A DNA stretch of 63,672 bases, the filler included, from Octopus bimaculoides (Eukaryota), in NCBI RefSeq assembly GCF_001194135.2. It is 4 parts of 3 records of this genome, joined end to end, with 100 filler letters (N's around TTAATTAATTAA, not from the genome) between each part and the next. Parts side by side here need not be neighbours in the genome. Positions count along the whole stretch, not along the records: positions 18,287 to 39,030 come from NC_068981.1; 3 more parts are not named here. One strand, written 5' to 3'. The notes beneath the pieces are model-generated. The model saw only the letters and a list, made by a program, of their open reading frames with translations. It was not told where the DNA came from and made no database searches. Below are positions 24,776 through 36,470 of this stretch, one piece after another (position 1 is the first letter of the stretch; the number at the start of each line of letters is the position of its first letter). A program made the translations under genes and the position numbers.

Positions 24776-25028
24776 CTGCCGGACAGGAAGTTGCCGAACA
24801 GGAAGTTCACGCAGGAGAGCCAAGAAAAAATAAAAATATGCGCTGATCGCAGACCACGCGTTGGTATCTAATCGAAAATAGTCGGAGATAAATATAGAAC
24901 TTCAGAGATTGAGGATTCCTCAAAAGTTGGAAAAATCCTCGATTCAAACCGTCTGTAAAAGTATTATCGCCTGATGTTCGAGACTACATTTAACCACATG
25001 AGTATAACAACACTTTCGCTTCTTGTAG

Positions 25029-25159
25029 AAGGGCATATTACGCCGTGAAGAATGTCTACCAGCTGCCAACATTCTGTGTGCTGAGAGCTGAAGATGAAAT
25101 ATTTAATGTTGTGCAGAAGTTAATTTTGCAGCATTACAAATTTCTGGATGATGAAGCAT
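25029..25159 (+). CDS. Exon of DH-domain gene (RAYYAVKNVYQLPTFCVLRAEDEIFNVVQKLILQHYKFLDDEA)
   Basis: Acceptor ctttcgcttcttgtag|, donor |GTATGA, open frame. IFNVVQKLILQHYKFLDD fits the DH pattern IF.NI..I...H..FL.D. Confidence 0.72.
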
Positions 25160-25647
25160 GTATGATTGTCGTTTTTTAAACAAATCTTTCTTTCAAACAA
25201 ATCTTTGAAATTATATGCATATCTTAATTTTTTCCTTGTGTATATATAAGAAAAGTATGATTATTCTTCATATTCTACAATTAGTACTGTAGACGACAGT
25301 CAATAGAGAGCTGGGAGAAAATGCTGGATAGTATTTAGTTACCTCTTGATCTGAAACCCTACTAAGGTTAATTTTATCTTTCATCCGTCTGTATTTGATG
25401 AATAGGATAGCTCACTCGAAGTTTTGATCGAAGAAACAAATTCAGTATGGTCAATTTTGAATTTCCTATTTCAGAGGATTGTAAAGTTACTAGACAAGTT
25501 GTAGGATGAATTAACTTGACTATATGCTTCCTCCAAAATATCGGGAGAAGGTATGTGGCCTTGTGGTATCGTGCTGAAATTAGAAGTCTTTGCTGTTATT
25601 TGTTATCGGTTTGAGGGTAAAACGTCATTATTATCGTTGTAATAGCA

Positions 25648-25862
25648 AGACGGCGAGCTGGCAGAATCGTTAGCACACCGGACAAAATGGTTAGCGGCAT
25701 TTCGTCCGTTCTTACGTTGTAAGTTCAAATTCCCCCACGGTCGATTTTTTGGCCTTTCGTCCTTTCGGAGTCGGTAAAATAAGTACCAGTGAAACACTGG
25801 AGAGAGTCGACGTAATCGATTAGTCCCCTTCCCCATAATTTCAGGCCTGGTACCTTCAGTAG
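25648..25862 (+). mobile_element. SINE-A full-length copy
   Basis: ggcgagctggcagaatcgttagcacaccgg...gttcaaattcc (B-box-like)...tttcaggcctggtacc. Confidence 0.9.
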
Positions 25863-25867
25863 ATTAT

Positions 25868-25935
25868 CGTTTTAGTAGCTCAAACTCCACCGTTTTAGTA
25901 GCTCAAACTCCACCGTTTTAGTAGCTCAAACTCCA
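25868..25935. repeat. 23-bp tandem repeat, three copies
   Basis: cgttttagtagctcaaactcca(c/t) repeated without spacers. Confidence 0.95.
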
Positions 25936-26417
25936 TCATCTTTCCGGAGATGATAAAATCGAGTACCAGCCACGTACTGTGGATCAATATATTCATTTGT
26001 ACCCTCTAAATGTGGCTGTGTGCCAGTATTAGAGACTATACTATTATAATTGTTGTCTGTTGAATTAGTCATGCTACTGTTCTGAATTAAAATTGCGGTT
26101 CAAAGGAATTCAGTTATCTGTGAGTTTCATTTTATCACTTTGGTTTCCCTTCACTGGTCTTATTTAATTTTAAGGTGCAATTTTCTAAAGCCATTTACCA
26201 ACATTAATAACATAAGGTTCAAAGAAAGATATTTATGCGTGTCCTTACTTGTGTGTCGGTCATGTCGGTTTCGCATCACTGACGTTTTAACATTAACCCG
26301 GGGTCTACAAAGATGAACTACAACAAAATCGAAGTTCAAAGACGAGTGTATATATACGAAATAAGAATGTATGCACGAAGATGTGTTTGTGTTTGGGGGG
26401 GGGGTTACAAATATTAG

Positions 26418-26488
26418 TTGCAAATATTTATTTATTGCCTTTTAATGTATATAACGGTTATTATGAAGAGTGTGATAAAGCAAGGCGA
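26418..26488 (+). CDS. Weak candidate bridging exon (ANIYLLPFNVYNGYYEECDKARR)
   Basis: Phase 1 in and phase 0 out, as needed between 25159 and 27052; Y..Y......A fits the DH middle region. Both splice sites are weak. Confidence 0.3.
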
Positions 26489-27051
26489 GTGTTATCCGTC
26501 AAATATATTTCGATTTCGATTTCCAGTCGAAGCTAATTCACTCAATTTAAGCAAAAATAATGTTTTTTGAGAAAAGTATGAATGTCACCCAATCTTATTG
26601 GTTTTTTTTTTTACCCTTTTTCTTTGGATAAGTTGTACTTGTGTATATTGTATCATTTCAATTACTTTAGTGTTGTGAACTTAGATGCGACGCATTCATT
26701 AAATGATAACGCTTCTTCATTTAAGTTATTGATTGTTTCATGGCTAATAAGGAATTGTTTATTTAAAATTGAAGTAAATTCTCTAGTGAAATAGTTAAGT
26801 AATTAACTGTTAAAAGAAATAGTCTGTTTTAGTATACAACAGTAAGAAAGAAAATACATTACTCAAGTAACTGAAAATTATTTTCTTGGCAGAAGAGTCT
26901 TATTTTATTTGTGTTGATTCTTAGTTATTTTTCCGTTTAGACACGGTATGATCGATATACCAAACTAATCCTAAAACTACTTCACTTTTATATGGTGTTT
27001 CTCCAATATCTAAGTATGTTATATACTTTTAAATGTTTTTTTTTTCCATAG

Positions 27052-27194
27052 CCAATCTATAACAGGCTCAGAAGTTTTCCTTCTTTTCGTTGCTTTCTAC
27101 AACGGCTTGAATCACTTTCTCATTACAAACGCAAACCCCTGCTCGGCACACTTCTTTTTTCACCTCTAGCAAGATGTGAAGCATCACTTTCTAA
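27052..27194 (+). CDS. Exon of DH-domain gene (PIYNRLRSFPSFRCFLQRLESLSHYKRKPLLGTLLFSPLARCEASLS)
   Basis: Strong acceptor ttttttttccatag|, strong donor |GTGAGC, open frame. F..FL...E and L..LL..P..R match the DH conserved region 3. Confidence 0.78.
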
Positions 27195-27334
27195 GTGAGC
27201 AGCCAGTCGACTATAGAATGTCGACGAAAGGGCTACAGATTATAGGTTTGGCAAGCAAATCATAGGTTTGTTGTTTTGTGGTATGGTTCCCGGTGTTTTT
27301 GTCTTGGAGAATCAATAGTATTTTCATATTTACA

Positions 27335-27720
27335 GTGGAGGCGCAATGGCCCAGTGGTTAGGGCAGCGGACTCGCGGTCATAGGATCGCGGTTTCGATTT
27401 CCAGATCGGGCGTTGTGAGTGTTTATTGAGCGAAAACACCTAAAGCTCCACGAGGCTCCGGCAGGGGGTGGTGGCGACCCCTGCTGTACTCTTTCACCAC
27501 ACCTTTCTCTCACTCTTACTTCCTGTTTCTGTTGTACCTGTAATTCAAAGGGTCAGCCTTGTCACACAGTGTCACGCTGAATATCCCCGAGAACTACGTT
27601 AAGGGTACACATGTCTGTGGAGTGCTCAGCCACTTGCACGTTAATTTCACGAGCAGGCTGTTCCGTTGATCGGATCAACTGGAACCCTCGACGTCGTATG
27701 CGACGGAGTGCCAACAAACA
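27335..27720 (+). mobile_element. tRNA-derived SINE family C, full length
   Basis: A-box tggcccagtggttagg, B-box-like ggtttcgatttcc, unique body, caaca-type tail. Confidence 0.85.
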
Positions 27721-29319
27721 TGAGTAAGCAAATCTCTGAGTAAAGGCTTTCAAGCTATGGCCATTCAGTCTTTTATTCAGATTTAGTAAAATATAGTCCA
27801 GGATACGCTGTCTCTTTCAGGAGGGTTTGAGTTTACTTAAGTGAATTGGCTCAGCCTCGTTAGTACGAAAAATCGAAATAAGATGTAGAAAGCGACAGTG
27901 AGGACGAGAAGAAAATATAATAAAACAAAGATTGATATGAAGTAAGACTGGAATAATTTCAAGTTTGTTCAGTGGAAAGGGAATGAGAGATACATAATAA
28001 TAAACATAACCTGCCTAATTCAGAACACGCCATCATTGAATCTAGACTGAATTTTTTCACTATGTTAATACTGATATTAACGTTTAAAAAAAACATGTTT
28101 AGTATCTTATTTCTGCTTTGCCTCAAGTCATCTCAAACCGAAAAGGCGTATGATCGAAAACATTCTAATAGTACCATGTCGTCTTTTTGTATACCAGGGC
28201 TACATTTTTTAATGTGTCATTCCTTTCCTGAAGACGGTGTGGCGTGATGTGAGTAGACTTGGCTACTATCTCGAGCTGACTGAACGATTGAACGACTCCG
28301 TAGAAGCTCTCTTTTTGTCACTTCAGTATCTTGATAGTCGAAGCAGAAGAGATGATTAGCTTTCATCATTCTCAACAAAACATTTTATAGGTAAGTTATG
28401 AAGATGTATGCACGCACTTATACATAAATATACTAACATCGAAAATCCAGTCACCAGCATTTTAGCACGTTGTCCTGACTACGTATGTCCAAGGGTCATC
28501 AGATACCGCGTAGAAAAATTGTTTTAGTTCAGTCCAGATCAGTTCCAATTGAACAAACCTATGATTAAAGGCACCGATTGCAATGATATTCATGGTCTAC
28601 ATTAAGCAGTGCCTTCTTCTTCTTCTTCTTCTTCTTCGTCTTCGTCTAAGAAGAAGAAGAAGAAGAAATGTGTTTGAGAAACATTCGGCTACTATTTCTA
28701 GCTGATCGAGTGACCACATATAGGCTCTGTCTCATTGCTCGTATTGGGTGGAACGAGTGGTGATGGTTAGGTTGGATATGTTTCGCGGAACGGTGTCATA
28801 TTTTGCGTTTCCTAATTGTCTGATACACAAGAAGATATTGTCGTGGCTTTGAAGATAGCATCAGTTACAGCACTAAAAGATTTGATAACATAGCTCTTAA
28901 GACATCATATCTTTTAACCCTAATTAAATTTCCATTCCATTCTAACAACTTTAATTACCAGTTCTGTAGTTATGTTACAACTTATGAATTACGCTTCCGA
29001 TATAGCCTATGAACTTACTTAGTCACACTGATTATCTTACTAATTACTTGAGATTAAATAGCAATAGTACAGTTGGTGATCGCGTGCTCGCTTGAACGAC
29101 TGAGCTTTAATCAAAACAATATTGCTGATCTTTATGTTGACTGATATGTTTTCGATTCAAGACGGTGGATCAAACACATGTAAGATATTAGTCGGTATCA
29201 AAATCAGCAACTGAATTTTCTTGATAAACAAAGAGTCGGCAAAAACAACAGCCAAATCCACCTCGTATCATAAACTGTAGCTTTAAAAATATTAAAAAAA
29301 AAACAAACGAAGGAATGAA

Positions 29320-29790
29320 TTTCAACCATGTTTCGTGGTCTGCTACCACAACAACTCCTTTATAGGATCCAGTTAGCTCAAAACATCATCAGGAGGTACC
29401 ACGTCCGGTTTCGGCCCCTACTTCTCTACCGTTTTGACGTGGCGGGCCCCCACCCCCTTTCAGGAGTGTCTTCATCTCTGGTGTTGAGTGCATGTCTTCT
29501 TTCTTCTGTTCCCTGGCCTCTTCGATGCAGCGTCAACGAGTGTCAGCGGTCGACTGACTGTCTTGTCAAATTTCCCTTTAAATACCTGCTGCTAGGCTCC
29601 AGCAGCCAGCCCCAGCAAGTTGTCACGTGACACTGTCTAGACTTTAACTGACCAATAGAGGGCGCGTAGTTTTACCCGCTGCCAGGCTCCAGCAGGCAGC
29701 CCCAGCAAGTTGTCACGTGACACTGTCTAAACTTTAACTGACCAATGGAAGGCGAAAATCACATTAAATAATATAATCTTGCTTGCACTA
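29320..29790 (-). promoter_or_regulatory. LTR/pLTR-like module with duplicated enhancer, TATA and Inr
   Basis: 90-bp period repeat (29588, 29678), each unit with GTCACGTGAC and CCAAT; TATTTAAA (29584-29577) lies 29 nt before the A of TCAGTC (29555). Confidence 0.5.
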
Positions 29791-30210
29791 TACTCTTTTA
29801 TTCTTTTACTTGTTTCAGTCATTTGACTGCGGCCATGCTGGTGCACCGCCTTTAGTGGAGCAAATCGACCCCAGAGCTTATTCTTTATAAACTTAGTACT
29901 TATTCTATCGGTCTCTTTGGCCGAACCGCTAGTTTACGGTGACGTAAACACACCACCATCGGTTGTCAAGCGATGATGGGGGTGGGGCAAACACAGACAC
30001 ACAAATGTATACACACATACATAGACATATATATACATATATACGACGGGCTTCTTTCACTTATCGTCTACCAAATCCACTCACAAGGCTTTGGTCGGCC
30101 CGAGGCTATAGTAGAAGACACTTGCCCAAGGTGCCACACAGTTGGACTGAACCCGGGATCATGCGGTTGGTAAACAAGCTAATTACCACACAGCCACTCC
30201 TGCGCCTATG
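29790..30210 (-). mobile_element. SINE-B full-length copy
   Basis: Complete head, internal (TA/CA) tract and actctttt tail. Confidence 0.95.
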
Positions 30211-30399
30211 GTTAAAAAAAAATTTTTTTTTTATGAATGTATAAGTCGGATAACTTCTGATCATAGGCCTGTATGATCACCGCTGACTTAGAAATCAACA
30301 CCAACAACACCGATGGCAGCAGCAGCAGCAGCAGCGGCAGCAGCACGGCCACTAAATATTATAAAGGACAAAGAAATGAGTGTATAGTTTTTATATGCG

Positions 30400-30795
30400 T
30401 ATGAGTGGCTGTGTGGTAAGGTTCCAGGTTCAGTCCCACTGCGTGGCACCTTGCGCAAGTGTCTTCTACTATAGCCTCGGGCCGATCAAAACTTTGTGAG
30501 TGGATTTGGTAGACGGAAACTGAAAGAAGCCCGTCGTATATATGTATATCTATATATGTATATATATGTGTGTGTGTATATGTTTTCTGTTTCTGTATTC
30601 GTCCCCCCCCCCCAACATCGCTTGACAACCGATGCTGGTGCGTTTACATCACTCGTAACATTAGCGGTTCGGCAAAAGAGACCGATAGAATAAGTACTAA
30701 ACTTACAAAGAATAAGTCCTGGGGCCGATTTGCTCGACTAAAGGTGGTGCTCCAGCATGGCCGCAGTCAAATGACTAAAACAAGTAAAAGAGTAT
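30400..30795 (+). mobile_element. SINE-B near full-length copy
   Basis: gagtggctgtgtggtaag, ggttcagtcccactgcgtggcacc...caagtaaaagagta. Confidence 0.95.
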
Positions 30796-30946
30796 CTCTT
30801 CCCGAAACACATAAACTACACAAATCGAGGGATCTTGGTGCATCGTCAGTCATGTTTCTGCTCCCTCGTAATAATGTACTGCTCTTATTCTAATCTAGCA
30901 AAGAGATCTTGATGCAACTGTGATTTAAATATAAACTTGAAAAGTT

Positions 30947-31335
30947 ACTCTCTTTACTCTTTTACTTGTTTCAGTCATTTGACTGTGGCCATGCTGGAGC
31001 ACTGCTTTTAGTCGAGCAAATCGACCCCGGGACTTATTCTTTGTAAGCCTACTACTTATTCTATCGGCCGCTCTTTTGCCGAACCGCTAAGTTACGGGGA
31101 GATTAGCAATGCTTGGGGGGCAAACACAGACACACAAACACACACACACATATATATGTACATATATACGACGAGCTTCTTTCAGTTTCCGTCTACCAAA
31201 TCCACTCACAAGGCTTTGGTCGGCCCGAGGCTATAGTAGAAGACACTTGCCCAAGATGCCACGCAGTGGGACTGAACCCAGAACCATGTGGTTGGTAAGC
31301 AAGCTACTTACCACACAGCCACTCCTGTGCCTATA
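30947..31335 (-). mobile_element. SINE-B full-length copy
   Basis: Same blocks as 29790-30210. Confidence 0.95.
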
Positions 31336-31552
31336 GTTGACTATATTATTTATATTTGTTCTTGATTTCCATAATTGGTGGTTATTTTGTTTAATATTTA
31401 TAAAATAACATGCTCCTTGTTGTGTAATTGTAACTATGTACATGCGCAAGTAACAGTAGTGTACGTTTTATTTGTATTTTGAGTTAATCATTTCCGAATA
31501 GTTTTCGTGTTTGTTGTAATTGGTACATGTTTTGTACTTGTTTTAAATAATA

Positions 31553-31636
31553 TGGCGCCCCCCTTGACATTTGCTTCCCCTTTGTAAATTCGCAACATCC
31601 TGAAGGGGGCGCCATCGTCCAGGTTAAGAACCACTG
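31553..31636. mobile_element. hAT/Charlie-like MITE end fragment
   Basis: Ends in ggttaagaaccactg (CAGTGGTTCT-type TIR); internal inverted tggcgccccc/gggggcgcca. Confidence 0.5.
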
Positions 31637-32735
31637 ATAAAATCAAAGTGCAAAGTTTAAAACAAGGAATGGAAAATAGCGTGCAGCTTCAGCTCACGTG
31701 ATACTTTTATCTATTTTCTCTCATAGTTTTGATGTTGAAAATCGGTTCCTGCGAGTCTGGCTAGACGCTAATGAGTATATCGATGAAGTACAGTAGAAGA
31801 GCTGAAAATTTACTTAAAAATGAAAATAAAATAGACAGGTTTTTAATGAAGACCAACTTTTCAACCACATAGAATAAATAGTAATAAAATCTGAAATGTG
31901 TACAATCACAGATAAAGACCGATCTAACTAGAGGAGAACAAGAGCAACACATGTATTTATCTATATAAGTAGATAAATATGAATGATGTTAGAGTTCTGA
32001 GTACAAAAGAATAATTCTTCAGCTATGGCAGGTATCATAATCTTGATTCCAATTCTCTGTAACTAATGTTTGTTGATGCAGACCAACACAAGTTTCTTCA
32101 AATTCTTGAATTTGCCTTTGATTAAGTAGATGTTTTTTAGTAAGTACTTAGATTGCTTACAAGTGTATCGTCTGTTGTTTTTAGAAATAAGCATGAATTG
32201 CTGATAAGAGTTGTACAACACAGAATGTTTCTGGATTACGTTTAAAATATATTCATTGCATACGTAATCTTTTACTCACTCGTCCACACATCTACACACA
32301 CGCGTACACTCTATTTTTCACTCATGCATATGTAATTGATACATATATGTATTAATTAGACTGTGGATAAAATTATGTTCTTGTATGTATGTATGTATGT
32401 CATTATTCAGTTTTAGTCCAAGAATGTTTGCCAATAGAGAAAGAGCCGGTTTCTAACCTAGATCCCTCGATGCCTCACGCGTGAGGTGCATCCCTCGGTG
32501 CAGAGTATCTCATCAGGTGATTTTTTTCTAAGGGCATCTCGTTAAATAAACCCTGTTTCGCTCGGTTCTAATACAACATGCTGTTAGTGACTGTAGGCCC
32601 GGAATGTTGAGGGCAGATTCCGTTGCAATGTTATATACGGTTACTAGGTGTACATGGATTTAATAGTACACACACACACACATATATATATATATGTATG
32701 CATATATAGGTATACAATTACCCACATGTATGTAT

Positions 32736-32785
<50 letters not shown>

Positions 32786-32789
<4 letters not shown>

Positions 32790-32971
32790 CGGAGTAAGCA
32801 CATAAATGTGAAACAAGGGGGAAAATAGTACTCGAATACCAGGGGTAGAGTAATATGCTTTATTGAAAAGCAGCAAAAATATCACAAAATATCACAAAAA
32901 CTGTCCGATGAACGGGAACGTGAAACTCTGAGTAACAGATTTTGTGATATTTTTGCTGATTTTCAATAAAG

Positions 32972-32975
<4 letters not shown>
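32786..32975 (+). ncRNA. Type-I hammerhead-like motif H1 (32901-32938) inside a fold-back repeat
   Basis: CTGT-CCGATGA-ACG/GGAA/CGT-GAAAC-TCT-GAGTA-ACAG; flanks form a further inverted repeat of about 34 bp. Confidence 0.7.
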
Positions 32976-33027
<52 letters not shown>

Positions 33028-33038
33028 TCTACAAATAC

Positions 33039-33069
<31 letters not shown>

Positions 33070-34950
33070 TGTATATATAGACAGATAGATAGATAAACAG
33101 ATAAAAATATATGTATATGTGTGTATATATGTATATAAATGTATGTATATGCTCATATATGCATACACATACGCATGCACACAAGCACGCTCGCACACTC
33201 ACACATACATACACGTCTCGCATACTCACACACATACTCACATACATGCATATAAAAATCGATCCAACCTTTTTTGATAAAAAAAATCTGGAATTTACTT
33301 GATAACAAAATCAACATTTGAGCTCATTGTCATTATTCTGTACTTAAAAGTTAGGACTGATGACTATTTTATCCGCTGTTATGTTCTCATTCCTATATTG
33401 ATAATTATTTTATTCTTAAAGTAGCACATAATTCTATTATTTATACTAAAACATATTACAGTCCTGTAGCAAGCATTTGTCAAGATCTTACCGTTTTTGA
33501 GATGCATCTCATGAAGCAATGGCCGACAGCAATACGTGTGTACCCATTAAAATTATATTATTAGTCACGGTTTCAAGTTATGGAAGATTATTTTTTTAAA
33601 TTAAATACTGTTAATTTCTTTCGTTTCTTTTCCGCTTTCTTTTGCTTTAAGATGTTTTCTTCTCACTGTTTCCTATATTTACATATCACAGCACTTTCAC
33701 ATTCTTTCTTTGTAAATAGATCAGCTGAGATAAATGTCTCTAAGGCACTTATGGAGTCTTGTTACAGCCTATATATATATATATTGGATGTGCACTTGAC
33801 AGGCAAGTGATTTGATCTGAGACTGTGTGTTGAAACTAAAACGCTTGCAGTGTGGAAGATATATCCCACATTCAAAAACACACAAAAACTGTTAACTTCA
33901 CTTAAAGTTTATTGTTAGATATCAACATTTTCATCTCACGAACAGCAACCTGGTTACTGGCATGGCGAGGCTACAGTTCCTGCCGTGAAAGTTTTGACGT
34001 CCGACAATAAACTTATAAGGTAACAGGTCTTTGACTATTTTTTAGTGGCTAAGGTGTATCTGCCACGCTGAAGGCGTATATACAGTTTCAGTTTCGCAGT
34101 AGTTTCTCACTCACCCTGTACAAAATGACCTCTTGAAGAAGGGGAAAAAAATCAAGTACCATTTGATCTGAAAGTTATAAAACATCTGAGAGGACAAATA
34201 ACTCTCCTGCAAAAAAGAAATTTTGTTTTTCTGAGAAACTTGTGTGATATCGAAAAATATGTCGAATCAACTTCAGAAAAATAACCCCCCCCCCCCCACT
34301 AAAAAAAAAGCCGTTGGAAAACCGATTATAGCAGCGACTCCATCAATTCCTAGGGATATCTGAAGAAGGAATTTTATTCAGAAATATTATATCAGACCAT
34401 GGATGATTAAATTACAACAGTTATTATAGTCCATTGTTTTTATTATAGTGCATTGTTGTGTCATTCAAAATATTTTATTTTTTACCAAAACAAAACTGTA
34501 TTAAGAATCCAAGGGATCAGAGCTAGAGAAAATTTATTGACCGCTTGAAAACCTAATAAGTCACTCGTGGATTTATTAGATACCTGTAACTTTGTAGATT
34601 TATTAGATATCTGTAACTTTGTGATCCGTTACAATAAATACCGTATATATGAAATATAATACTAGAATCTTTTTGATCGAGTAAAAGCTTTGAGGTGGTG
34701 GTCCAACATACCACAGTTGAGTAATTGAAAAGAATAAAACAAGGGTTTACTTGTACAAACAGATCCCAGCATCTATTCTTTTTAAATTTGATTATTTTAT
34801 TCAATCAGACTCTTTACCGATCTGCTGGGTTACGGGAAGATGAACAAATCATCAGCTGTTGTGAAGTGGTGTGGCGACAAACATAGAGACACATACACAC
34901 ACAGATAAACATATATATGTGTGTGTGTGTGTATACACATACATACTTCT

Positions 34951-35275
<325 letters not shown>

Positions 35276-35439
35276 ATATATAGCGTGTACATACGTAAAT
35301 ATAAACTGCTCTTCAAATCTATAAAACCAGAGCACTATCTGTTTTTCTGGCGAACTATACTACCTAAATCCATGAAATCCACCTCTAGATAGGAAATTGA
35401 ATAGAAGGCATTGCAATATTTAAATTTATTGGAATCCAA

Positions 35440-36470
35440 AAACAAATTAGATAGTAATTCAAAAAACATACAGAGCCAGAAACCCTCTGTTCAGAACTAT
35501 AACGCCAGGTTGAATAATGTTGCAAAAATGATGCAAAATAGGGAAATTATGATAGATTTCAATGATTTTCTCATGCAATCCAACGACAATAGTGTGTTTG
35601 ACCACCACCTTTCTGAATTACTTCAAAGACATGCGATTTCATGGTCCCAATCAACTTCTGCAGCAGATCAAATGGAACCTCCCCACCCAGGCCTTCTTTA
35701 GTGCCATTTCAAGTTCATCAACAGATGAATATTGCTTGCCTTCACTGTAAACAACATTCGTGAGATATCCCCAGACGTTCTGTATAGGATTAAGGTCGGG
35801 ACTTCTAGCTGGCCATGGCATGACTTCACCCCCAGTTGCAAAGAGGAAATTCAAAGATACCTTTACTTTATGAATAGGAGCATTGTCCTATTGAAATATG
35901 TCGGGGCCATCTAAGTACCATTTTTTCTCATCAGAGAACAGAACCCTGATGCTGCCGAGCAAACTCCAATCTAACAACTTTGTGGGAAGGGGACAATAAC
36001 GGACGTCCTAGCCGCTTCTTCAGGTGGATACCATGGTTCAGAATCACGCCCCTTACAATGGATGTCGAGGCTCCTACTCCTGCTGATGTCTTGATTTTTG
36101 GAAGCAGAAGAGCAGTGTCACTTCACAGCTCTGACAATGACCCTTTCATCCCTTTCTGATATTGCCTTGGGACGTCCACCAGCATAAACCCTATTGTGGC
36201 CTTCAGGATCTTTCAGAAAATTGTCCACTGGTGATCTGCTTCGCCAAATCTTTTCGGCAATCTTACCTTGTTCAATTTCGGAAAACTTTGTAGCTTTAGG
36301 CATATTGGAAATGTAATCTGGATCACGGAGAATACGAAAATAAATTAGATAGAAATTCAAAAAACATACAGACCCAGAAACCTTCTGTTCAAAATATTTT
36401 CCGAAACAATCTGGAGGGAAATGAAAATGTATTAATGGTTGTAATCTGGATCATGGAAAATACGACTGAG
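35440..36470 (-). mobile_element. Tc3-like (Tc1 family) transposase pseudogene
   Basis: ATG at 36303 MPKATKFSEIE...GRPKAISERDER, SDEKKWYLDGPD, deletion, DNAPIH, WPARSPDLNPIQNVWG, ending near 35588. Confidence 0.9.

Noticed and set aside
25868-25935. Three 23-bp repeats as a CRISPR array
   Set aside because: Copies are contiguous with no spacers, the context is eukaryotic and there are no cas genes.
27335-27420. tRNA gene
   Set aside because: A and B boxes are present but the acceptor stem does not close and the sequence continues into a SINE body.
28122-28212. PH-domain start exon (ENILIVPCRLFVYQGYI)
   Set aside because: In-frame TAA occurs before any good donor, and it would skip the last DH helix.
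32436-32520. Further hammerhead (CTGATGA...GAAAC-CG-GCT, minus strand)
   Set aside because: The cleavage-site U is absent, and stems I and II do not close at the core.
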